Source: an uncultured Verrucomicrobiae bacterium (GTDB taxonomy: Bacteria; Verrucomicrobiota; Verrucomicrobiia; Chthoniobacterales; JAFAMB01). From it: DNA of 64,000 nt. Location: assembly GCA_963837955.1 (NCBI GenBank), contig CAWIPH010000002.1, positions 320,001-384,000 on the forward strand. Direction: 5' to 3'. A model generated the notes under the pieces. That model did no database searches and was not told where the DNA came from. It worked only from the letters and a program-made list of their open reading frames with translations. This document shows positions 53,684 to 62,320 of the stretch, piece after piece. Numbering within the stretch: position 1 is the stretch's first letter; every line of letters begins with the position of its first letter. The position numbers were made by a program, and so were the translations under genes.

Positions 53684-54222
53684 GCGGGGAGTTTGACCTC
53701 TCTTACGTAACCTCGAACACGACAGCTGGGTTGCCCAAAGGACTATTGTGGCAAGACGTTCCTGGTTTCTTAAAAGCGACTCGGCATTACCACACTATCG
53801 TACGGAAAGGAGAAGAGTCCGTAATTGAAACAGAGATAGAAACAACTCCCGGCGAACCCGTGAAAGGGATTGATTGTTATGGCTTCTCCGTCACTTTTGT
53901 TCTGTACGATGATTGCTTACTCGATTGAGGAATAGATGACGACGGGTGTTTCTCCTTTTCTCTGTCTTGTTGGGACGACGGAGATTGGGAACTCGAAGAA
54001 GAATTAGAGATTCCCTCGGACCAAGCAGCCTGTCCTGATGAGGCGTTGGGATATTTCGAAGCATTGAAATTCTCTTTACCAGAAGAGATGGCGCAGACTT
54101 ACCAGGCTTTTATCGAGCCCTTTGTCTTCTTTGAAAAGGAAGTCCGGGAAACGCCGAGGAAAGAAGTCTTACAACTTGGGCCCAAGGTTCTGTTCTTATT
54201 TAGCTTCACCAAAATAGCTTAA
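53680..54222 (+). pseudogene. Acidic hypothetical protein interrupted by in-frame TGA (53926-53928)
   Basis: ATGA coupling to xis; frame continues 97 codons past TGA to TAA at 54220. Confidence 0.6.
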
Positions 54223-54255
54223 TTTCTTTTTGACATAAAAGTGTTCGTATGAACA

Positions 54256-54441
54256 CTAGTCCCATGATACACTGTCAAGGTTCGCTATTAAGGTGGTGGA
54301 GTAGATGCCTGCGGCCCCTAAACCATAGTTTATAAAATCCACGACCCATTTCTGCTGTCTGGCTATGCCGGAATAAAAGGCGCTAAGGAGCTGGAATTTG
54401 AAAAGTGACTCTTGGCTGGTAAAAACCTCCTCTGGTGTCAT
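54256..54441 (-). CDS. Small hypothetical protein
   Basis: ATG-started 61-aa frame downstream of the RHH-like gene. Confidence 0.35.
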   Translation of the reverse strand: MTPEEVFTSQESLFKFQLLSAFYSGIARQQKWVVDFINYGLGAAGIYSTTLIANLDSVSWD

Positions 54442-54526
54442 CGGTGAGTTCGCGATCGTATCCGGCTCTGGCGGAAAAGAAAAGCGCCGGAGCAGCCTGG
54501 GCGCTCTCGGGATGTTCCGGGCTGCG

Positions 54527-54769
54527 TTACTTCCGTTTTCGCTCTCGATCCCGAACCCTTCGTTCGTGCTCCTCTCGCGCAAAATCGGCACGTATCGTCT
54601 TCGCTATCCCCTCCCACCCGTTCATCTCTTCGATCGAAAGGGTCATCGCGTCGATTATACGTCCAAGAGGCAGTCGGTCATCTTCGTTATAGACCATCCC
54701 GCTAGCTACCCGCTCCAGAATCTTTCGAGTCTCGGGTTTAATGTTCACCGTAAAGGGAAGATTCTTCAC
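54527..54769 (-). CDS. Putative ribbon-helix-helix regulator
   Basis: FTVNIKPETRKILERVA (strand-helix pattern); preceded by a sigma70-like promoter. Confidence 0.55.
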   Translation of the reverse strand: MKNLPFTVNIKPETRKILERVASGMVYNEDDRLPLGRIIDAMTLSIEEMNGWEGIAKTIRADFAREEHERRVRDRERKRK

Positions 54770-54776
54770 CGGCGCA

Positions 54777-54805
54777 GTTATAACATTAAATCCTAGGATT
54801 TACAA
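54777..54805 (-). promoter_or_regulatory. Leaderless sigma70-like promoter containing a 16-bp operator palindrome
   Basis: TTGTAA-17nt-TATAAC, 7 nt before GTG; TAAATCCTAGGATTTA at 54787-54802. Confidence 0.65.
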
Positions 54806-54846
54806 TATTTTGTTGTTGATCTCGTGTTCGCCTGTTCTAGGTAAGT

Positions 54847-55386
54847 GTGAACGAAAATCACACGAACACCGGCTCTGGACCGGTAAACCAGACTACTTCA
54901 GACCGCAGTCTTGCGGAACTGGAGCAAACTGTTGAGAAGGGCAAGGCGACCTTTCTCGATGTTGGAGCTGCCTTAGTCGAAATCCGGCTGCGCAAGCTGT
55001 ATAAACCGAAGGGTTGGACCGAATATCTCAAGGAGCGATTTGGCTTCTCGCGTCAACACGCTCACCGAATCGTGCAGGCGAAGGCGTCGGCCGACGCGTC
55101 ACCGGTGGGTGACAAACCTGCAACCGAAGGCGAGGCACGCAAGCGTCTAAGTGAGAAGCGATCGAACCGGAAGCGGCCGACCAACGTAGCTGAAGATTTG
55201 GACGCTGAGGAGGAATTCGAAAGGTTCAAGTCACGCGTATCAAAGTGGGCAGCGGAGTTCGCTGAAGATGACTATCTCCGCCTGCTCGGAAAGGTAACCA
55301 ATTACGCGGATGGGATTCTCTCCGAAGCGGATTACTCGGACGACATCGTAGTCAACCAACCGGAAGCAGATGGGGTGGCGGCGTGA
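54847..55386 (+). CDS. Phage-type DNA-associated protein (DUF3102-like N-terminus)
   Basis: LAELEQTVEKG..FLDVGAALVEIR..KLY...WTEYLKERFGFSRQHAHR. Confidence 0.65.
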   Translation: MNENHTNTGSGPVNQTTSDRSLAELEQTVEKGKATFLDVGAALVEIRLRKLYKPKGWTEYLKERFGFSRQHAHRIVQAKASADASPVGDKPATEGEARKRLSEKRSNRKRPTNVAEDLDAEEEFERFKSRVSKWAAEFAEDDYLRLLGKVTNYADGILSEADYSDDIVVNQPEADGVAA

Positions 55387-55865
55387 ATAGAATTGCAAAG
55401 GGATTCAAAATGGATGGGCCGGTCAAAGGCTCTCGCGTTTGGCGATCATGCGATACGGGAAGCAAACAGGTCAATGAGCGGCATTACTTTGAGATGATCG
55501 AGCAAATCGGCACTCCGAGCCTGCTCGCGGATCTGAAGCCAAAATTGAAAATAACAAAACCGGAACCGAAAATTCTCGGAGCAAAAATGTCCGGAGCAGA
55601 ACCGATCTTCGTGGCAACTACTCTATCCGGTGACATTCCTGTTCGAGAAGTTGACCCACGCGAAATTGATCCACCGCTCTTTATCAACTATCTCGCTTTT
55701 TGCGTAGCGGGCAAAATCCTGATCGCGTTGGTAGTCACCGCTCCGACGATGCAAACCTTGTTCGCTGCTTTAGAACACATAGCACGCGATTGGAAGGAAT
55801 ATGACGGGGCGGTTATTGACCTCAATGACCTCACTGGGTTGAAAGAAAGGAGGTTGGAGCCATGA
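55383..55865 (+). CDS. Hypothetical protein
   Basis: GTGA/ATGA coupling on both sides. Confidence 0.6.
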   Translation: MNRIAKGFKMDGPVKGSRVWRSCDTGSKQVNERHYFEMIEQIGTPSLLADLKPKLKITKPEPKILGAKMSGAEPIFVATTLSGDIPVREVDPREIDPPLFINYLAFCVAGKILIALVVTAPTMQTLFAALEHIARDWKEYDGAVIDLNDLTGLKERRLEP

Positions 55866-56284
55866 CATACCAAGAATTCCAACGGCGAAACTCCGATCCG
55901 TTCGAACCAAATGTCGAAAACGTCAGAGTGAATCGCAACGGTTCGTATAAGATAAAGTTCCAGCCGGGACAGCTTATCAAGGCGGTTAAGCTCGTGCTTC
56001 ATCCATTCGGTGATGAGATAGTGAAAGGTTTTTACGAGGTCGCAAAACGAGCCCGTGAAACGAACAGCGCTCTGCTGCTTCATTATCCGGCTTCGCTCGT
56101 CAGTCACGAAGGTGGCCATGCGAATCGATTCGCGTCTGTTATCGGGTTGGTAATGCCGCGATGCGGGCAAGTCACGGGTGACGTCATCTTGAGTAAGACC
56201 AAAGGCGAGTGCGAAGTAGAAACGGAAAAGGCGGAGGCAGAAATTTGTTCAACAGTGGATGCGCTCATCGGGGAGAACAAATGA
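55862..56284 (+). CDS. Hypothetical protein
   Basis: SD-like sequence and ATGA coupling on both sides. Confidence 0.6.
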   Translation: MTYQEFQRRNSDPFEPNVENVRVNRNGSYKIKFQPGQLIKAVKLVLHPFGDEIVKGFYEVAKRARETNSALLLHYPASLVSHEGGHANRFASVIGLVMPRCGQVTGDVILSKTKGECEVETEKAEAEICSTVDALIGENK

Positions 56285-57228
56285 GCGCTACGATCGTTTT
56301 CGACTCTTATTGGAAGTTCGCTGCTGAAAGGCAGCGGATCTACGAGAAACGGTTAAGGGGCGAACGTCCGCCGTGGACGGCGGACCCTATTTTAGAGAAG
56401 CACAAATTCACGAACGCTTTCAGAGCCGCTGACCGAGTCAGCCAATATCTGATCCGGAACGTGATCTACGAGCCGACCGCATCAACGCATCCCGAAGAAG
56501 TCGTTTTCCGGATTTTGCTCTTCAAGCTCTTCAACTCAATTGCCGCTTGGGAAGTCCTGAAGGAACCAAATTCGGGATGCCGACCTGGAAGGGATTCGAC
56601 GAAAAGGCTCATGCCGCTGAGCTAGGAAGCGCGAAAGCGAACGGCTGTCAAAATTTGGAATGTCGGCCTACGTCCAGAATCAAAATTACGCCACTCATCT
56701 ATCCACAAAACACGAACGCTACCTCACGCTGGTTAACTACATGATGAGCACAAACATCACCGGTAAGCTGCAAGCTGCCCGGACGTACGCCGATGCCTTT
56801 CAGGTGCTTCGGTCTTATCCGTTGCACGGTAAGTCTTTTATTCCGATGCAGCATGTGTGCGACATCAATTATTCTGAGGTCATCAATTTTGATGAAGACG
56901 ATTTCATCGTGCCGGGACCGGGTGCTTTGGATGGTATCAAGAAATGTTCGGGGCTTTGAACGGCATTACTCCGTCGGATCTGATACGGGGAATCGTCGAC
57001 GATCAGGAAGGATTCTTTGAAGCGGTCGGTGAGCAGCCCGTCAGGTTAATGGGTAAGAGACGACTTCACGCCATTGATTGCCAGAACCTGTTCTGTGAAA
57101 CGGACAAATACGCGCGGGTAGCTCATCCGGAATTTAATCAGGACCGCACGGAGATTAAACAGAAGCTCCAGCCGACGGGACCGCTGCCTGCTCCATTCTT
57201 TCCGCCGAAGTGGGGGTTAAATTCGTAA
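56281..57228 (+). pseudogene. 5-hmdU DNA kinase helical-domain (aGPT-Pplase1)-like protein, multiply frameshifted
   Basis: FDSYWKFAAERQRIY..R..G..PPWTADPIL..HKFTNAFRAADRVSQYLI, RILLFKLFN, DINYS..INFDE.DF.VPGPGALDGI.KCF, IDCQNLFCETDKYARVAHP, P.FPPKWG, spread over 4 ORF pieces. Confidence 0.78.
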
Positions 57229-57322
57229 AGTTAACCTCACCAGTAATTCTCTGCGTCGGAACGGCGAAAGGTCGCCGTTCTAGTATAGCGTTGGGGGAGA
57301 CATCCTGACGTCATACGGTTAT

Positions 57323-57357
57323 AGCCCGGTAGGTTTGGTCGCCTGTCGGGCTTTTTT
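57323..57357 (+). terminator. Intrinsic terminator
   Basis: AGCCCGGTAGG / CCTGTCGGGCT stem followed by a T run. Confidence 0.75.
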
Positions 57358-57472
57358 CCTTTTCCCAGTGGGATTACGCAAACATTAAGTCTGCATAATT
57401 TTTGGCCTTTTTAACCAAATAAGCCAGCGGTCCTCGTTCTAGTCATGTGCCGGGTAGTTATCGCCCGACCGT

Positions 57473-58969
57473 ATGATCACGACCACGACGACCGAACAAC
57501 TGCGCGCTCGCTTTGACGAGATGTGCACTCGCCTCGGAACGTCCCCCAGGTCCACCCAGTCTGACGAAATCGCGTCGGAGACCAGTCTTAACGAATCCGC
57601 AAGCGCGGCCGAAAAGATAGCCCGGATTTACGCGTGGTGCGACCAGCGCAATGGACGCCCTGGAATCAAGTCTGAGACTGCGTCTCCGGTCCGTTTCGAA
57701 TGTGCCGGATTTACGGGCTTAAATGAAAAGCGTGTTGAAAAGGAAAAAGAGACCCCGACCGGATACGGCAAACGCTGGCGTAACAAAGTAAAGCGCGACC
57801 GCATTCGACGGCTCCGTTCTCCCGCGAACCTCGCCAAGGCGAAAGAGGCTAGAGCCCGAAATCGATATCACCGTATCGTCCAGGAGGATGGGCTGCGATC
57901 CCAGCGGAGCCAACAAATTTACGATGTTCTTCGCGAGGGTGGCTCTTACAATGGTGGCGTCGAACGATTAGAAGTGAGCATCGCTGAATTCCGCGGCAAA
58001 TCTCGCACCTTTAAGACGAACAAGAACGCTTACCTCTTAAACGCCAAAGCGCGGCTACAGCGTAGTGAAGGCCGACGCGAGTGGAACGAGAATCGCCTTT
58101 TGTTCCTGGCGGCGATCGGCAGACCCGCGACTACGGGCCTATCTGCGCCTGAGCCACGACGAAGCGAGGCTGAAGCCGCCTTCGAGCTATTCGTACACTC
58201 GCAGCTCCTTCCTTTACAAATCGCCTACCCTGAAACCGACACACCCCACGACTGTAACGATCTGTTCGTGGGTTGGGACGGACACTTTTACGCTGGTGTT
58301 CGAGATTACGACATCGACGATGGAGATTCTAAACTCCAAGTGCAGGTAAAAGGCATCGCCAACCTATTCTATCGAGCGCGTGACACCTTCAAGAAGCACT
58401 GCGCCCGGAGATATAGAGCACTACGCACTGACCTCTTTAATCTCTTACTTCGAGTCCACCAGAACCGTGTCTTCTGTGAGTTTGCAGACATCGAGCTGCG
58501 ACCAGTGGCGCTCGTTTCCGCGACTAGCGCACGCTCCTGGTACGCAAAGTCCGAAAAGGGCAAACGTCTTAAAGACAAGGATGCGCTCGTTACACTCTTA
58601 GAGAAAGAGACCGATTATGTCCTTGAATACTTGCTCGATTTCGCGCGTGCTGTTTATCCCAAGGAATACGCCGTCTTAGAACACACTATTGAACAAATCG
58701 AAAGACTCGCCTCCAGTACCTCCGACGAGAGCAAAATTAACCTCTGTGAACTCTTAGAACTCTACCGGGATGTGCTGGCTGAATCTAAAGCAGAGCTGCG
58801 CTACTCCGGATCTTTCGCTTCGGATTATTTCCTAGCTAATACTACCTGCTGGCACGAAATTAAGGCGAAGTTACCGAAGCGATTTACCCGGACGAAATTT
58901 GAAGCCGCGTCCCCCTTTACCCTCGCTCGACAACAGGAGCCGTCCCGCGCGATCCTAGCGCGACTGTGA
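57473..58969 (+). CDS. Large hypothetical protein (basic N-terminal half)
   Basis: Uninterrupted 498-aa ORF; no motif recognised. Confidence 0.7.
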   Translation: MITTTTTEQLRARFDEMCTRLGTSPRSTQSDEIASETSLNESASAAEKIARIYAWCDQRNGRPGIKSETASPVRFECAGFTGLNEKRVEKEKETPTGYGKRWRNKVKRDRIRRLRSPANLAKAKEARARNRYHRIVQEDGLRSQRSQQIYDVLREGGSYNGGVERLEVSIAEFRGKSRTFKTNKNAYLLNAKARLQRSEGRREWNENRLLFLAAIGRPATTGLSAPEPRRSEAEAAFELFVHSQLLPLQIAYPETDTPHDCNDLFVGWDGHFYAGVRDYDIDDGDSKLQVQVKGIANLFYRARDTFKKHCARRYRALRTDLFNLLLRVHQNRVFCEFADIELRPVALVSATSARSWYAKSEKGKRLKDKDALVTLLEKETDYVLEYLLDFARAVYPKEYAVLEHTIEQIERLASSTSDESKINLCELLELYRDVLAESKAELRYSGSFASDYFLANTTCWHEIKAKLPKRFTRTKFEAASPFTLARQQEPSRAILARL

Positions 58970-59179
58970 CCGCAACTACCCCGATCTCGCTCCGCCTTCT
59001 TTATCCGATTCCGCGCAAAGTCGACCCGACTAATCCATGGCAAAGAAGTAAGTGGAAAACCAAAATGCATTTTTGCCGCCTTGAACTCGTACAGCCTGCC
59101 TCCAACCCCCGGCATACCGAGACAGCAGTGGAATCCAGAAATCACTGGCGCGATATCCCTCAAATCGCAGCGAGCACGT

Positions 59180-61744
59180 CTACTCTAGAAGTCGTGGGAT
59201 GAATTCGCGAATTCGATCTTCGTTGACAATCTTTCCATGCTTCAAGGCCAGAAACTGAATCTGCTGGATTAAGACCGATTCGTCGGATTTTTTTCTGCTT
59301 ACTCGTATCCGGGTTTTGCACTCGGAGTAACATTTCCAAGGTTGGAGCGCCAATTCGTAGGGAGTTCGGTCATTAAGCTCGTTCAATAATTCCGCGAGGA
59401 ACGCGGGGAAATTTTCTTTGTCCCACGGGCAGGTGAGTCCAATCTTCTTCTCCAATTGGTCTTCCACTACCGGCGTCCATTTTAAAAGGTAATCCTTATC
59501 GCGAAGCCCTTCGATCCATTCGAGTAATCTAGCTGCATCCTGCGAAATGCCGTAGCGCACCTCAAGACGCGGTTGATCGAGCAGATCCTGCAACGCTCGG
59601 AGCGTCGATTCCCACGTCTTCGCGGGAGCGAGCCGAACGAACCATACATCGGTATCACTTCTAAAATCGTAGCCAATGTGGATTTCTCGGTGAACCGGAA
59701 TCTCGGAAATAAATTTTGCGATCTCTTGCCCGTCCGAATGACGCCCGAAAGGATAAGAGGGAAACACGCGTTCCAGTTCGGCGCGATCATTAATCCAAAG
59801 GATATTGACGGGGTCCTTTCCAACAGGCCGCGAGTTGATCAAGTGATTGTGAATTAAATCTCGCCAGGAATCGAGATCGGTTTTCGTGATGTGGTCTAAC
59901 CTTCCTTCGAATATCGAGTTCAAACGCTCGGGGATCGATTCCTTAACCAAGGGATCATCCACTGAAATCTCTCCGAGAAGCCATACTTTATACTCGACTG
60001 GGTTTTCCCGGTTCCATCGTTGGCCTTTGGATTCATAGCAAAAAGAGGGTCCGATTTTTTTGCGAAGTTCCTTCAGATATTCTCCAATACAGCCTTGCTG
60101 CCCGTTGAATCCTGCGTGCCACGATAAAGTTCGTTCTTTTACCCAAGCGTCCGAAGAGCCGTGTTCCTTTACCCAGGACAGGAGTCTCATCGCAGGCTCC
60201 GTTATCCTCTTGGGGTTATTAGATTCGGTCTCGGGCCACACCTCGTTGCATACGTCATCCCATTCCTTGCCTCTTAGTAGCGTTATCGTGATTGAACTTA
60301 CGTATCCGTTTTGCCCATCCAGCGATATCTTAAAGCTGCGGGCGCGGTTATTTATCTTTTCGATCGCCGCCTCGAGGATTTCGTAACATGATCGCTCGTC
60401 TTGTTTCGACATTCCTAAGACGCGACGGACCTTGTTGTTCTCGAGACTTTCCCATAACTCCGTTTTCCAAAAATCAAACGCTGGCACTTTTCGGATTAGC
60501 CCTAGAATGAAGTTCTCGGCCCTTTCCCTAAGCTCTGAGAGTGTGGCTTTCGGAGTCTCCGCGGGCACCTCAGGTTTGGCGGCCGTCGGTGCCGGAGTCT
60601 TCATCGGAGGCGGGTGGAACAGGTGGGCGATCTTTTGCGAAAAGTTCCCCAAATGGGATCGCATTGTGGGAGTGGATACGAGACTTTCTAGAAACCCAAT
60701 GTCGGCAGCTTGGTGCTCTTTAAGAATCGTGAATACTCGAAGAATTCTCGGTGGCTCTAAGTGCCGGAAATCTCGACGCGCGGAGTTAACCGATGTTGAT
60801 GCCGGCTTCCATTTGGCGCCGTGCTTAACCAGAATCTCAATCGCATCGATACAGGCATCGATCTTTTCTGAGCTGCGTGTTCCAAAAATAGATCTAGGGT
60901 CCGCTGCCCAGCTCATTTGCCAAATCGCGTGCTCGAGCACAGATGATCCGGTATCAGGCAGGCTGGTTAGATTAGGGAACAAGGTCAGGAGATACTCCAG
61001 AATCTTGGCGGAAGAGCCAGACGAACACGCCTGAAGAAGTTCCGGGAACTTGTCTGGATATCTCTCGGGCTTTAGCCGCTTGAGGACACTTAGATGCCCG
61101 GCTCGAACCGCTTCTACTAAGGCACAACTGCCGCCGAACTCGTTTTTGGAATCGTCTTCCGGAAGCGGCACGTCGGGACGCGCTCCAGCCCATAAGAGAA
61201 GGGATACACCGCGCAGATTGTCCTCTTTTGCGAAGTAACAAAGTGCCATATCCGCCTGAAGCTGTAGCGCTGGTTTGACCTCGATGTTTGCTTTGTACAC
61301 TGAGATTATCGGTTTGAGGCAGTGCAGGAATCCTCGGTAGACAGGATAGTCGTCAAACGGATCTGCACCTCGATCCAGAAATAGTTGGATCAGTTCTGAA
61401 TCGCCTGAGTAGCAAACAGACTCAAAATCTACCGAATTAACCGGAACTCCACGATCCAACAGAAGTCGGGCGATATCGATCCGCTTACGTTCGACGGCAA
61501 CGGCTAGCGCACTTCCGTTGCTCGCCATCGGGTCAGCTCCGCCATCGAGCAAGACCTCTGTCAGTGTCAGAAAGCCTTTCTCGATAGCAACCTGGAGTGG
61601 ACTAGCTCTTCGAGTCTTCTTTCCGGGAGGAAGATCGAGCGGATTATTCTTTGCAATCCACTCCGAAGTAGCTTTCAGATTCCCGTTTCTACAGAATTCG
61701 ATTAGTGGAAATAATTCTTCAATGCTTTTAGCTACCGGGGGCAT
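59180..61744 (-). CDS. Ankyrin-repeat protein with uncharacterised C-terminal region
   Basis: SPLQVAIEKGF..LTEVLLDGGADP, ALAVAV..KRIDIARLLLDRG. Confidence 0.82.
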   Translation of the reverse strand: MPPVAKSIEELFPLIEFCRNGNLKATSEWIAKNNPLDLPPGKKTRRASPLQVAIEKGFLTLTEVLLDGGADPMASNGSALAVAVERKRIDIARLLLDRGVPVNSVDFESVCYSGDSELIQLFLDRGADPFDDYPVYRGFLHCLKPIISVYKANIEVKPALQLQADMALCYFAKEDNLRGVSLLLWAGARPDVPLPEDDSKNEFGGSCALVEAVRAGHLSVLKRLKPERYPDKFPELLQACSSGSSAKILEYLLTLFPNLTSLPDTGSSVLEHAIWQMSWAADPRSIFGTRSSEKIDACIDAIEILVKHGAKWKPASTSVNSARRDFRHLEPPRILRVFTILKEHQAADIGFLESLVSTPTMRSHLGNFSQKIAHLFHPPPMKTPAPTAAKPEVPAETPKATLSELRERAENFILGLIRKVPAFDFWKTELWESLENNKVRRVLGMSKQDERSCYEILEAAIEKINNRARSFKISLDGQNGYVSSITITLLRGKEWDDVCNEVWPETESNNPKRITEPAMRLLSWVKEHGSSDAWVKERTLSWHAGFNGQQGCIGEYLKELRKKIGPSFCYESKGQRWNRENPVEYKVWLLGEISVDDPLVKESIPERLNSIFEGRLDHITKTDLDSWRDLIHNHLINSRPVGKDPVNILWINDRAELERVFPSYPFGRHSDGQEIAKFISEIPVHREIHIGYDFRSDTDVWFVRLAPAKTWESTLRALQDLLDQPRLEVRYGISQDAARLLEWIEGLRDKDYLLKWTPVVEDQLEKKIGLTCPWDKENFPAFLAELLNELNDRTPYELALQPWKCYSECKTRIRVSRKKSDESVLIQQIQFLALKHGKIVNEDRIREFIPRLLE

Positions 61745-62117
61745 GTTGATAGGTATCGCGACTTTCGAGAATGTCGAGTTTGCGGCGTCGCTGCCCTCGA
61801 TCTGGAGGGCGTTGAGGGCGATTCCACTGCCAATCCCTTACGCCTCGCCTTGATCAGTATGCTAGCCACATCTACTATTTATCGGATAAATTCGGCTATT
61901 ATAAAAAAGTCGGATGTTTTGGACGTAATCATTACGAAGCGCCGTGAATTAATGGACATCGCTTTCGGCGCGATGGTAAACGAATGACCCGAGCAAGTAA
62001 TTATCTTTGCGGGGCGAACGAGTCGTCCGTGACGAGCGACTCGTCCAAAAGTTTACCTTAGGTGTAAAATGGCTAATTCCGACGCATTTTTCGGCGTTGT
62101 GGATCTTAGTTGGGGAA

Positions 62118-62215
62118 TATTCGCCGCACTCTTTCCGCGCGACCGGTATCACTCGATTCCTCGAGGAAGGAGCAACGCTCGAAGCAGCCCAGCACACGGC
62201 AGATCATGCCAGCAA
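62118..62215 (+). pseudogene. Tyrosine recombinase C-terminal relic
   Basis: YSPHSFRATGITRFLEEGATLEAAQHTADHAS (HxxR box II); catalytic Tyr segment missing. Confidence 0.75.
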
Positions 62216-62320
62216 GCACAGTGACAGAACCGTATAAACGTTCTTCCTTCTGATTTAGAAGCATTGCGTCTTGAAAGCTTGGCGCGAGAAATCAAGGCAC
62301 CGCGCCAAGAACAGTGGCCA

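Larger units (their letters stand above)
53274..62237. mobile_element. Integrative element / degenerate prophage-like island (right end not defined)
   Basis: att-like fragment, Xis-like HTH, phage-like operon, integrase relic. Confidence 0.65.

Noticed and set aside
53926..53928. Selenocysteine or genetic-code reassignment of TGA
   Set aside because: No redox motif or evident SECIS; TGA terminates many normal genes in this window
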